Below are positions 8,946 to 18,256 of a DNA stretch of 32,000 nucleotides, in pieces. The number at the start of each line of letters is the position of its first letter. Positions within the stretch are counted from its first letter, which is position 1. The stretch comes from Candidatus Electrothrix sp. GW3-4 (GTDB lineage Bacteria; Desulfobacterota; Desulfobulbia; Desulfobulbales; Desulfobulbaceae): assembly GCF_037902255.1 (NCBI RefSeq), contig NZ_CP147990.1:3030001-3062000 (forward strand), written 5' to 3'. The notes beneath the pieces are model-generated. The model was not told the DNA's origin, did not search any database, and saw nothing but the letters and a program-made list of their open reading frames with translations. The position numbers and the translations under genes are program-made.

Positions 8946-11900
8946 TTGTAGGGAAGCTATGACCCTCTTCCACATCTTGAGCCAACAGCCAGCACCACGT
9001 CTGTGGGTCTGGCGTGATCGTCAGGCAGGAGCTCCCCACGAACTGGCCTATGACGCCCAGGCCCGTGGAAACGATGACCAGGGCTTCCGGATCTTCCACG
9101 CCCTGCTTGATCACCAGCTCCACCAGCCCGCCCATATGCAACTGTACAGCGATAACTGGGCCTGGCAGGACTGCCGCAGGGACCTCCCCCGGGGCAAGGA
9201 CTATCGTTTCCCCCAGCAGGTCTGGATGGCCGAAGGGGCGGCACGGGTGCTTACCAACAACCCCTTTGCCGACAGGGGCCACAAGCAGGTTCGCATCCAC
9301 CTCATCACAGCAGAGAAATACAAGGAGGGGCAACTATATATCTGGCTTCCAGGCAAGGAGGGGCGCTCTGTGCCACCCACAGGACGAGACAGACACGGCC
9401 CTATCTACTCGCTTGAGCTGCAGCAAGAGGAACAACAGATGTTCCTCTTTAAGTTTATGGACAGGCAGGGCAGATATGAACCTGATTATGCCAATCGTCT
9501 CTGGGTCACCCAGGACGGGCAAGAGATCTGGGTCCATAGCCAGGCCGCTGCCATCAGCAGGGCAGCGCCGGTCAAGAAGCCCCTGGTCATCCATGTCCTG
9601 CAACAGGACCTGCTCGCCCCTGCCCAGCTCCATCTCTGGCAGGCGGACTCAGACTTTGTCACCACCATTGCAGAGGGCAGAGAACAAGCGGACGGCTGGG
9701 TCCGCTTTGAACACCCTGTCTACAGCGGCCGCCCCTACCGCTTCATGCTCTACAACCCAGGCATGCAGGATCCCTGGGAGGATAAAGAGGCAAGACGTAC
9801 GGTCCTGTTGGCAGAGGATGGGGTGGCCTGGGCCCTTCATGGCGACGGCAGCAGGACTGCGCTGGGCAAAGAGGGCGTCTGGACCCTGGAAGGTGATCAC
9901 GAGCTCTTTGCCAGCCTCCCTCGTCCAGATAAGGAGATCTGCCTGGAGATAGCGGCCCAGGCCCCAGACTCACCCCAGGGAGGGTCCCTGACCCTGGATG
10001 TCTGGGTCAACAGAGCACGATCGCCCTTGTTGACCAACCTTCAGCCAGCTGCGGACGGTCGCTTTCGCTTCCCCACCTATCCCGAGGTGGTGACCTCGTT
10101 TCGCTTCTCTTCAGGAGAGGAGAGCGAGGCCCTTGAGCGGCACTGCATCAAGGTGAGCAGGGATGCAGGCCCTCCCTCCTCTTATTCTGTGGTCCTGGGT
10201 CGGGCCGATATCCTTGCAGCGCCGCCGGTGAGCGATCTCTTCCGTGACCCACCCTTCCCTATCGAGCGACCAGGCGCCTGGGTGACTGACGGCCAGCTCC
10301 GCTTTGCCCTCCACTGCCCCAGCGCGGCCTGCGTCGAGGTCATCGGCCAATGGACCGACTGGGAGGCAGAACCGCTCCCCATGCGTTCCACCCTGGACGG
10401 GACCTATTGGTGGACCGAGATATCGCAGACAGAACTGACCGGAGCAGGGAGCAGTCCCCTGCACGGTATGCTCTATAAGTTTCGCCTCAATCAGGTCAGG
10501 GAGGTACAAGACCCGGCAGCCGACTGGGTGGAAAACTCACATCCAGACAGTGCCTCCAAGCTGGTAGATCATCAGCACTTCTCCTGGAGCACGGACGCAT
10601 GGCAACGACCGGGTTGGCAATACCTCAATATCTACCAGCTCCACCCCTCGCTCTTCAGTCAACGGGCCGGGGCCCGAGGGCTGGCCGCAGTGACCCGAGA
10701 GCTCACAGACCCGGACGGCTACCTCCGTAAGATCAAGGCAACGGCCCTGCTCCTCATGCCCACCTGCGAGTTTGCTGGCGATTATGGCTGGGGCTATAAC
10801 CCCTCCTTTTTCTACTCCGTGGAATCTGCCTATGGCGGCCCAGACGCTCTCAAGGGCCTGGTCGATGCCTGCCACCAACAGAGCAAGGCGGTGTTGCTGG
10901 ATGTGGTCTTTAACCATGCCGGGGCCTCGGATAATGTCCTCTGGAGCGTGGCTGACCAGAGCTTCTTTGACGGCGATACAGACTGGGGCCCGATGATCAA
11001 CTTTGACCATCCCCAGGTCCTGCATTTCTTTGAGCGTAACCTGGTCCACTTCATGGAAAACTACCGGATTGATGGCTTTCGCTTTGACTTTACCCGGATT
11101 ATCCGCTTTGGCCACCAGTGGGGCTCCCACGTCAAAAGTCCGGGCTCAGGTGGGGGCTGGGAATTCCTCCAAAGACTGCGCAAGGCCGTTCACGCCATGG
11201 ATAGCCGCTGCCTGCTCATGGCAGAGAACCTGCCCAATGACTGGGATCTCAGCCATCCCGGAGGGCCTATGGACACGCAATGGTGCGATGCCTTTCATGA
11301 CCGGCTTGTTGAGGCCTGCCGGGGCTGGCAGGTCATGGGAAGCCTGGCCGATACCATAAAGCTCAGCCATACGGCCTGCGCACGTTGGCACGAGGCCACT
11401 ATCTATGCGGAAAGTCACGACGAGGTGGGCAATGAACCCAACCGGATAAGCCATGTGGCTGGCCTTGGGCAAGGGATGCGGCGAAGCAAGGTGGCAGCAG
11501 CAGCAACCCTGCTGGGCCGGGGGATCCCGCTTGCCTTTATGGGGGCAGAGGTGGGCGAATGGCGCCAATTCCCCAAAGGAGATGGCCCGGCTCTGGACCT
11601 TGATCAGTATGAAAACAACCAAACAGCCTGCTGCCTGCGCAACTGGTGGAACCGCCTTGCAGAGATCCGTCGCCACAACCCGCGCCTGGAAGGGCCTTCA
11701 CCGCTCCGGGTCACCTTTGCCCAGGCGGGCATGCTGGCCTTTACCCGCGGCGAGGGCAACGACCTCTTCATCCTGCTCAACTTCAGCCCTTGGGCAGGAT
11801 GGCGTCCCCTGGTGGAGCTGCACCTGCCAGAGGGCCTATATAAAGAACTGGTCAACTCAACCTGGGCTCCCTATCGGGTCCATAGCGAGGGAGAGGACGA

Positions 11901-11991
11901 ACAGGACAATGGCGGCTGGGATGCGCAGCTCGATCGAGGAAAATGGCTCCATATCCCTGACTACGCTGTTGTGGTGTTGGAGCGACATTAA
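8890..11991 (+). CDS. GH13 alpha-amylase-family glucan enzyme with a CBM48-like domain and a long N-terminal extension (branching/debranching or TreZ-like)
   Basis: GH13 conserved regions are LLDVVFNHAG (I), IDGFRFDFTR (II), LMAENLP (III) and YAESHDEVGN (IV). An upstream CBM48-like segment reads RFALHCPSAACVEVIGQWTDWE...DGTYWW. Start is ambiguous: ATG 8890 (strong SD inside the repeat) or ATG 8959 (the duplicated conserved N-terminus). Confidence 0.9.
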   Translation: MQGNRTTPRSRCSPAYKTPCREAMTLFHILSQQPAPRLWVWRDRQAGAPHELAYDAQARGNDDQGFRIFHALLDHQLHQPAHMQLYSDNWAWQDCRRDLPRGKDYRFPQQVWMAEGAARVLTNNPFADRGHKQVRIHLITAEKYKEGQLYIWLPGKEGRSVPPTGRDRHGPIYSLELQQEEQQMFLFKFMDRQGRYEPDYANRLWVTQDGQEIWVHSQAAAISRAAPVKKPLVIHVLQQDLLAPAQLHLWQADSDFVTTIAEGREQADGWVRFEHPVYSGRPYRFMLYNPGMQDPWEDKEARRTVLLAEDGVAWALHGDGSRTALGKEGVWTLEGDHELFASLPRPDKEICLEIAAQAPDSPQGGSLTLDVWVNRARSPLLTNLQPAADGRFRFPTYPEVVTSFRFSSGEESEALERHCIKVSRDAGPPSSYSVVLGRADILAAPPVSDLFRDPPFPIERPGAWVTDGQLRFALHCPSAACVEVIGQWTDWEAEPLPMRSTLDGTYWWTEISQTELTGAGSSPLHGMLYKFRLNQVREVQDPAADWVENSHPDSASKLVDHQHFSWSTDAWQRPGWQYLNIYQLHPSLFSQRAGARGLAAVTRELTDPDGYLRKIKATALLLMPTCEFAGDYGWGYNPSFFYSVESAYGGPDALKGLVDACHQQSKAVLLDVVFNHAGASDNVLWSVADQSFFDGDTDWGPMINFDHPQVLHFFERNLVHFMENYRIDGFRFDFTRIIRFGHQWGSHVKSPGSGGGWEFLQRLRKAVHAMDSRCLLMAENLPNDWDLSHPGGPMDTQWCDAFHDRLVEACRGWQVMGSLADTIKLSHTACARWHEATIYAESHDEVGNEPNRISHVAGLGQGMRRSKVAAAATLLGRGIPLAFMGAEVGEWRQFPKGDGPALDLDQYENNQTACCLRNWWNRLAEIRRHNPRLEGPSPLRVTFAQAGMLAFTRGEGNDLFILLNFSPWAGWRPLVELHLPEGLYKELVNSTWAPYRVHSEGEDEQDNGGWDAQLDRGKWLHIPDYAVVVLERH

Positions 11992-12085
11992 GCAAAACAG
12001 GTTCATTGGCCAAAGCGCTTGCCTTCTTCCCTTCCGCTATGATAGAAAGCACTTAAGGTCGTCAATAAAAAAAAGGAGGAGAGAC

Positions 12086-12268
12086 ATGCTGGAAATAAAG
12101 ATAGATAAGGATAAATGCACCCAATGTATGGAGTGCATAGAGGTGTGCCCGGAAGGGGTGCTGGAGCTGGTTGGGAGTTGGCCGTCCCATGTCTACACCG
12201 ACAAATGCAAGGGCTGTGCAACCTGCCTCAACATGTGCCCGGAAGACGCAATCAGTGTTGTTGGATAA
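12086..12268 (+). CDS. 2x[4Fe-4S] ferredoxin (60 aa)
   Basis: SD AAGGAGGAG precedes the ATG. Two CxxCxxCxxxCP motifs are present (CTQCMECIEVCP, CKGCATCLNMCP). Only the last 183 nt of ORF-track ORF 11453..12268 is used. Confidence 0.85.
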   Translation: MLEIKIDKDKCTQCMECIEVCPEGVLELVGSWPSHVYTDKCKGCATCLNMCPEDAISVVG

Positions 12269-12284
12269 CTGTGCCCCAAAGAGA

Positions 12285-12324
12285 GCTCGCCCTGTGTAGG
12301 TTCTGTAGACTATACAGGGCGAGC
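12285..12324. terminator. Strong hairpin between convergent genes, likely a bidirectional terminator
   Basis: Perfect 11-bp stem GCTCGCCCTGT...ACAGGGCGAGC with an 18-nt loop, between the ferredoxin (+) and amidohydrolase (-) stops. Confidence 0.55.
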
Positions 12325-12376
12325 AGGACGCGAGCAATCAGAGATTCCCAGGGCATATTTACCGCAGATATCCTGA

Positions 12377-12406
12377 CTTACCTTACTTACACCTTACCTT
12401 ACTTAC
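12377..12406. repeat. Tandem direct repeat CTTACCTTACTTAC x2 (16-nt period)
   Basis: Read directly: copies at 12377-12390 and 12393-12406. The second copy overlaps the amidohydrolase stop codon. Confidence 0.8.
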
Positions 12407-13547
12407 TATAGGCGGCACTGGGCATCCCGTCAATATAGACCCCCTCCAGATAAGAGAGCTTTCTCGGCAACTGTCCTACCGTGCCCCTGGTAAGGAGAAA
12501 GGTGGCCCTTTGGCCGACACCAAGCTGGCCCAGCTCCTCCATCCCAAAGAATGCCGCGCCATTTGTTGAGGCGCATTGGATGCTCTCTTCCAGTGAAAAG
12601 CCTGCCTTGAGCAACAGCTTTATCTCTTCAACCACAGACTCACCATGGAGGATGCCGATGCTGCCTGCACCAGTACCCACAGCAATCTGCACCCCCAGCT
12701 CTCGGGCAAGGCGCAGCTGGGCCAGTTGGTCGGCAAGGACCTTTTTCCAAAAGGCCTCTGCGCCGGGAACCGGCTCGCCTGGCGCCACATAACGGGTGGA
12801 GAATCGGCAACAGACCGAGCCACCGCTACTGGAGGCATCCAGGGCATTCTTGGCCCGCACCACATTAGGGATCCACAGCACATCCTCTGCCGCCATCCTT
12901 ATCAGGTTGGTCTCGCCCATTCCATAGCCCTGCTCAAGAGCATCGCAGCCTGCCTCCAGGGCCTGGGCCACCTGCTGCGGGCCATTGGCCACCACAATCG
13001 CCTTTTTCTCCCCTCGTTTGCTCAAAATGCGACAGAGATGGTCGTGGTCCAGCTGGAGGGAGACACTGGCCGCCTCTTCAATATCGGCGGAATAGCTAAT
13101 CCTAAGGAAATCAGCATCTGCACCAGCATGGGCTGTTCGAAGCACGATCCCGTCTGCCTGCTCGCTTCTTCTTTGACACTCTTGCACAAGCCCACTCTTG
13201 TCCTGGGCAACCACCCCCAGGACCCCGTGGGCAAAGCAGTATTGGATGTGCCGTCCCAACATATCCTTTGGGATATCCCCCTGCTCCTCAATCCTGTTTT
13301 CCGCTAAAGAGAGACTTCTCTCGCCCACAGAGGGGGATTGCAACAGGGCAACCGTACAATCCACCAAGGCAGGCACAAGGGTACAATGGGAGAGGTCATC
13401 GCCGACGGCATCACCAGGGAAAGCTGTTGCCGGTTGACAAGAGATAATAATACCGTCCTGAATCTCCAGCAGGATATTCCGACGTACGGGCGCGCCGCTG
13501 CCATCGATCAAACGTCCTGCAAGGATGTATCTTCTTTTATCCATCAT
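12399..13547 (-). CDS. Amidohydrolase-superfamily protein (COG1228-like) with degenerate metal/catalytic motifs
   Basis: Typical N-terminal beta-sandwich (ILAGRLIDGSGAPV...ILLEIQDGII) and C-terminal ASTNGAAFFGMEELGQLGVGQRATFLL. The expected PGxxDxHxH position reads PALVDCTVAL, and the GTD position reads GTGAG. Confidence 0.8.
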   Translation of the reverse strand: MMDKRRYILAGRLIDGSGAPVRRNILLEIQDGIIISCQPATAFPGDAVGDDLSHCTLVPALVDCTVALLQSPSVGERSLSLAENRIEEQGDIPKDMLGRHIQYCFAHGVLGVVAQDKSGLVQECQRRSEQADGIVLRTAHAGADADFLRISYSADIEEAASVSLQLDHDHLCRILSKRGEKKAIVVANGPQQVAQALEAGCDALEQGYGMGETNLIRMAAEDVLWIPNVVRAKNALDASSSGGSVCCRFSTRYVAPGEPVPGAEAFWKKVLADQLAQLRLARELGVQIAVGTGAGSIGILHGESVVEEIKLLLKAGFSLEESIQCASTNGAAFFGMEELGQLGVGQRATFLLTRGTVGQLPRKLSYLEGVYIDGMPSAAYSK

Positions 13548-13622
13548 ACCTTCCTGCTGACGAGCCTGTCTCTGATCCGCTCTTCACCATGTACTGTTTA
13601 CGGAGGCCCTCACCTCTGATCG

Positions 13623-14675
13623 TTATTTAGGCAGGGAAACAAAAAAGGAACACCCCTTACCAGGAACACTCTGCAGCCAGACCGAGCCTGCATGGGCCTC
13701 AACAATGGCCTTCACCGCTGCCAGCCCCAGACCACTCCCTTTGGCCTGCTGGCAGCAATGCCGGGCAGGACGATAATAATGATCAAAAATATGGGGCTGA
13801 TTATGCAAAGAAATCCCTGGCCCCTGATCCCTGACCTCAAAGATAACATGCCGTTCCGTCTGACGAACCAGCACCTGGACCAGGGTCTCGCCCTGGGAAT
13901 ACTTAATCGCATTATCGAGCAGATTGGAAATCACCCGACCAAAATGCAATTTATCAAGATAGGTTTGCCCCAGTTCCTGCGGGAGCTCTAGCTCAATATC
14001 GATCCGTTTCAAGGAGGCCTGCACCTTAAAACCCGTGACAATATCCTTGAGCAGACGCCCAAGGTCGCAGGGTTGCAGCTCCAACTCTATCCGACCAGAC
14101 TCAATTCTGGAGGTATCAAGAAAGGATTGGATATACTCTTCCTGGAGTTTGAGTTCCTTTTGGATAATCTGGAGATAACCAACCTGTTTGTCATTCAGCG
14201 GCCCAGCCTTGCCCTCTAAGAGACGATTTATAAAACCGCCGGTGATCATGACCGGAGCCTTAAGATCATGGGTAAAGAGAGAGATCAGGTTGCGTTTATG
14301 GGCAGCGAGCTCCTTGGTGTCCGTTGCATCCCGAAATATCTCTATGCAGCAGAGCAGTTCTCCCAGGTTATCTTTGATGGCACGACCAGACAAGATAATA
14401 GGAATTTCTTCCCCGCTGCGGGTCCGAATAATCGCCTCCCTGCCGAGACAGGGTTCCCCGGCAAGCATGCTTTCCTGGAGCGGACAGTGATATTTACAGA
14501 GATCAGAGGAGAGCACCTCGGAACAGGAGCAGCCCAGGACCTCCTGCCGCTGCACCCCGATGATCCTCTCAGCAGCGGGATTGAATTCAATGATCTTATA
14601 CGCACCATCCACAACAAAAAGAGCAAGCGGCAACTCAGCAATAATAAAACTGTTCAGCTGATCTTGATTCATCAT
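13623..14675 (-). CDS. Cytoplasmic PAS-domain sensor histidine kinase
   Basis: H-box is FTHDLKAPV, N-box LLDNAIKYS, G1 DQGPGI and G2 GSGLGLAAVK. An N-terminal PAS-like region is present and no TM segment is seen. Start is ATGATG at 14675/14672 after GGGGAG; the ORF-track start at 14720 would overlap mutL. Confidence 0.9.
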   Translation of the reverse strand: MMNQDQLNSFIIAELPLALFVVDGAYKIIEFNPAAERIIGVQRQEVLGCSCSEVLSSDLCKYHCPLQESMLAGEPCLGREAIIRTRSGEEIPIILSGRAIKDNLGELLCCIEIFRDATDTKELAAHKRNLISLFTHDLKAPVMITGGFINRLLEGKAGPLNDKQVGYLQIIQKELKLQEEYIQSFLDTSRIESGRIELELQPCDLGRLLKDIVTGFKVQASLKRIDIELELPQELGQTYLDKLHFGRVISNLLDNAIKYSQGETLVQVLVRQTERHVIFEVRDQGPGISLHNQPHIFDHYYRPARHCCQQAKGSGLGLAAVKAIVEAHAGSVWLQSVPGKGCSFFVSLPK

Positions 14676-14716
14676 GTCTCCCCTTGCATAGCATCCATTC
14701 CCCGGTCCTGGTTGTC

Positions 14717-16660
14717 TCAACTCCTTCTAAACCATTTTTCCACATCAGCGCGGGAAAAGGTCTTCAGAACCGGCCTCCCATGAGGACAGTGAGAAAAGAA
14801 CGCGCTCCCTTCCATCTGACGAAGAAGGGCCAACATCTCCTCGGGCTGCAAGGGATTCCCTGATTTGATTGCCGCCTTACAAGCCATAGAGGCCAACAGC
14901 TTATCGACACATTCCGGCACCGTCTCCAAGCGAGAAGACCCCGAACGGTCCGCCAGTCCGTCAAGGATATCAAACAGCACTTCCTGGGGTGCGACCTTGC
15001 CCACCATCGCCGGGACCCCTTTGACGACCCAGGTGGTATCACCGAAGAAGGCAACTCTGAGCCCTAAGGAAGCGACCGCCTCTGCTTCCTGCTCCAAGAT
15101 CTCAGCATGATCAGGCCCCAACTCTACGGTCACCGGGAAGAGCAGATGCTGCACCGCAACGGCTCGTTGCTCATAGGCTGTACGGAGCTGCTGGTACAGG
15201 ATACGCTCATGGGCTGCATGTTGATCAATCACCACGAGCTGTTCATCATGCTCACAGAGAAGATAGAGGTTAAGGAACTGGCCGATCAATCTCAGGCCAC
15301 TATACCCGAGCGATTGCTCGGCCTGTAGATTAATCTGCGGGTCGCCTGCTTGGTCAGACTGCTGGCCAGACTGTTTGCTTATCAAAGCATCCTGTTCTTC
15401 TCTTTCCCCTCCCCGACCATACCTTTCGCGTTCTTTCCCGCCACCATCGGCGACCGATAAAAAAGACAAGGGCTCAGCACGGTATGTCTGTTGCTCTGCT
15501 TGGCGTCCCTGGCTGGAGGAGGAGAGAGGCCTGCCTTGCCCTTTCTCTCCACCCTGCCCTTGGGATTCAGACGAGAAAGAAGAGAAAGATGGCCCCTGTC
15601 CCTGCTCATCCGGTTGGACAAAGGTCGAGGCGCTGGAGACTGTTGTTGCCGGGCTAAAGAGCTCGGAACGCCTCGCCTCCTGATATCGCAACACGGCCTC
15701 AGAAACCGTACGCACGAGAAAGCGCCGCACCTCATTGGGCCTGCGGAAGCGAATCTCCCGCTTGGCCGGGTGGACATTGATGTCAACCTGCTGTGGATCA
15801 AGCCCCAGCAACAAGGCACCAGCAGGTTGTTGCCCCTTCATGAGCAGGCCTTTCAGCCCTTCGGCAACCGCATAGCGAATCATACGGTCCTGCACCGGAC
15901 GATTATTTACCAGGATACGGAGGCGTGCCGTGGACAGCGTATCAGGAAGGAGAAGAAAGCCGTTGAGCGCGAGGGCGTTCTGTTGCTCAGTAGAGGCAAT
16001 ATCAAGCATTCTCCCAGAGTAACGAAAAACATCACGGACGCGCTGCTCTTGCTCTGCTGCTGCAAAGGCAATGGTCTTGCGTCCGTCCACCTCAAGGGAA
16101 AAGGCGCAATCAGGATGGGCAAGGGCCTGGTTACGAATAACCTCTTCAATATGAAAGAGCTCTGTTCGCTTGCTCTTTAAGAATTTCTTGCGGGCAGGCA
16201 GATTGCCAAAGAGATTGCGGACCTCAATGATGGTGCCGCAGGCACAGCCGTCCTCATGAAGATCATGCAGGGTACCGTAACGAACCTCTGCCCTGGTACC
16301 AATATCAGCTGTGTGGAGACGGGAGAGGAGAGACATTCGGGAGACCGAACCGATACTGGGCAGGGCCTCTCCCCGGAAGCCCAAGGTCGTAATTGCTGCC
16401 AGTTGCCCTTCTTCGCTCAACTTTGAGGTCGCATGGCGCTCAAGACAGAGCAGCACATCGTCCTGATCCATGCCAACCCCGTTATCCATAACCCGGATAA
16501 GCCGGGTACCATCGCCTTCCACCTGCATATTGACGCGATCAGCCCCCGCATCAAGGGCATTTTCCAGGAGTTCCTTGGCCACTGAGGCCGGTCGTTCGAC
16601 AACCTCACCAGCAGCGATCTGGTTCGCAAGATGATCGGAGAGAACGCGTATTTTGGACAT
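14717..16660 (-). CDS. mutL: DNA mismatch repair protein MutL
   Basis: N-terminal GHKL ATPase (IAAGEVVERPASVAKELLENALDAG). A long low-complexity linker follows. The C-terminal domain has DQHAAHERILY, ACKAAIK and CPHGRP, which are endonuclease-type MutL motifs. Confidence 0.95.
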   Translation of the reverse strand: MSKIRVLSDHLANQIAAGEVVERPASVAKELLENALDAGADRVNMQVEGDGTRLIRVMDNGVGMDQDDVLLCLERHATSKLSEEGQLAAITTLGFRGEALPSIGSVSRMSLLSRLHTADIGTRAEVRYGTLHDLHEDGCACGTIIEVRNLFGNLPARKKFLKSKRTELFHIEEVIRNQALAHPDCAFSLEVDGRKTIAFAAAEQEQRVRDVFRYSGRMLDIASTEQQNALALNGFLLLPDTLSTARLRILVNNRPVQDRMIRYAVAEGLKGLLMKGQQPAGALLLGLDPQQVDINVHPAKREIRFRRPNEVRRFLVRTVSEAVLRYQEARRSELFSPATTVSSASTFVQPDEQGQGPSFSSFSSESQGQGGEKGQGRPLSSSSQGRQAEQQTYRAEPLSFLSVADGGGKERERYGRGGEREEQDALISKQSGQQSDQAGDPQINLQAEQSLGYSGLRLIGQFLNLYLLCEHDEQLVVIDQHAAHERILYQQLRTAYEQRAVAVQHLLFPVTVELGPDHAEILEQEAEAVASLGLRVAFFGDTTWVVKGVPAMVGKVAPQEVLFDILDGLADRSGSSRLETVPECVDKLLASMACKAAIKSGNPLQPEEMLALLRQMEGSAFFSHCPHGRPVLKTFSRADVEKWFRRS

Positions 16661-16764
16661 ACTTACTTTTTATAACTTCCGGCCTGGCCCAACGAGTCAG
16701 GAAACAAAACAGGAAAAAAGGGAAACCGGGTCGATTCACCAGCCCCTTTCATATATATACACAC

Positions 16765-16850
16765 CATCCCTTCCTCTCTGGGGAGGGACAACAAAGCATG
16801 AAAGCTGATCGCATCACTCCAAGAATTCGTCGCTACTTTCAGATAAAAAA
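16765..16850 (+). repeat. Intergenic repeat family, copy 2
   Basis: CCCTTCCTCTCTGGGGAGGGACAACAAAGCATGAAAG...ACTCCAAGAATTCG...CAGATAAAAAA. The ATG at 16798 opens a 45-codon ORF ending at 16935. Confidence 0.65.
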
Positions 16851-17230
16851 ATTCAAAAACCCAGACCTGTTTTTTTCAGTGTTTCATATCACTCCGCACA
16901 GGGAATACTTTGACAGTGGCGTGTTCATAGAGTAATATGTCAACGGATTGAGTCAGCTATAAAGGGGTTTAATCGGCGAATATTTATCGGGCAGATAATC
17001 TTTCTACGAGCTATTGCATATTATCGCTCTTTCTCAAAAAACAACAGGAAGTATTTCGCCCGGTTTCAACATAGCACAGGAAAAAATATGAAAAAGCTTT
17101 TTCTGAAAACTACGTCCTTTTTTTATCGTCACCTTTTCCCGGCAGCATGACTTTCTCTTCTTGCTCACCGACCTTACGCTGTCAAACATATCCAGCAGAC
17201 GCCTTTCCTGGCCTCAGGAGATAAATTATC

Positions 17231-18256
17231 ATGAATGCATCAGGAACTGCAAAAAAATGGACAAAGGAACTTGTTCAACAACATGCTCAAGTCGCCGTCG
17301 CTGTGGAATTGTACACCTTGCCCTTGTACATTACGGCAATGGGTTCCATCAAAGAAGAGCATTGCGAAGCCGTGCAAATTATCCGCAGTGTTATTATTGA
17401 GGAGATACTGCACCTGCAACTGGCAGCCAATCTCTGCCTTGCCCTGGACACCTCTCCCAATTTCAGCCCTCCTCAGTACGGGTCAGACATCCCGTATCTC
17501 TGTCCGTATAATCCAGAAACCGGGGAATGCGGTTTCCTCAATGCGACCTTGGGGCCCTTGGACGATACAACCCTTGACACGATGTTGGATATTGAGACCC
17601 CTGAGCAGGCACAGCTCCGTCAGGATGTAGACCATACCCAGCCCAAATATCCCTACCACTCCATTGGTGAAATGTACGATGCCCTGATCATCGGCATCAA
17701 CAGGGTCGGTATAAAACAATTCAGCTGGCAGACCAACCACCAGCAGCGCCATTGGGGAAAACAAAATTTTTGTCAAATTATCGACAGCTATTCCAAAGCC
17801 CAGGATGCGGTTCAGGCTATTATTAATCAGGGTGAAGGGCATATCTTCAGTGAAGACATAGCGCCTCCTCCCTGGACAGAAAAGGACTTCCCGGTTCCTC
17901 CTTACTACCGTTTTGAGCCTTATCCCGAAGCACCCAATCCGTATAACGGTTACTCTCATTTTGGCCGTTTTATCAAAATAAAAAACAACGGTCTTCCCGA
18001 CATCTACTCTGGAACCGAGCAGCCAGATCATCCGATCAATAAACCGTTGCAAAAAAATTTCTTACAACTGATCCTTATGCTTGAGACTCTCTGGAGAGAC
18101 GGCGGCGTGCATATCGGCGGCGCTGATGCCTTACGAACAGTCATCACTAAGGTTATGCAAGAGATCTTTGCCAATACCCAGGCATGTTGGCAGGCCGGAG
18201 TCATTCCCCACTGGTTTGATCTTCCGCTTGGCGACGTACAGCAAAAAAGCGTATAA
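17231..18256 (+). CDS. Ferritin-like domain protein (PF12902-type)
   Basis: SD GGAG precedes the ATG. N-terminal AVELYTLPLYITA...EEILHLQLAANLCLAL is characteristic of the 'Ferritin-like' family, which is also seen in the VioB N-terminal region. Confidence 0.7.
   Translation: MNASGTAKKWTKELVQQHAQVAVAVELYTLPLYITAMGSIKEEHCEAVQIIRSVIIEEILHLQLAANLCLALDTSPNFSPPQYGSDIPYLCPYNPETGECGFLNATLGPLDDTTLDTMLDIETPEQAQLRQDVDHTQPKYPYHSIGEMYDALIIGINRVGIKQFSWQTNHQQRHWGKQNFCQIIDSYSKAQDAVQAIINQGEGHIFSEDIAPPPWTEKDFPVPPYYRFEPYPEAPNPYNGYSHFGRFIKIKNNGLPDIYSGTEQPDHPINKPLQKNFLQLILMLETLWRDGGVHIGGADALRTVITKVMQEIFANTQACWQAGVIPHWFDLPLGDVQQKSV

Noticed and set aside
8713-11676. Minus-strand and off-frame ORFs within the GH13 gene (8713..9333, 9014..9952, 10537..11130, 11146..11676 and others).
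   Set aside because: All are nested in a gene with four canonical GH13 motifs. None has an SD or a recognisable motif.
11453-12085. The long 5' part of ORF-track ORF 11453..12268.
   Set aside because: It is an out-of-frame overlap with the GH13 3' end. Only the final 183 nt, which has its own strong SD and ATG at 12086, encodes the ferredoxin.
14676-14720. The 5' extension of the histidine kinase ORF (MRQPGPGNGCYARGD).
   Set aside because: It would overlap the mutL stop codon and lacks an SD. The ATGATG at 14675 is preceded by GGGGAG.
17088-17150. 20-codon uORF (MKKLFLKTTSFFYRHLFPAA) upstream of the ferritin-like gene.
   Set aside because: It is too short and the SD is weak (AGGA). There is no supporting conservation evidence available from this window alone.
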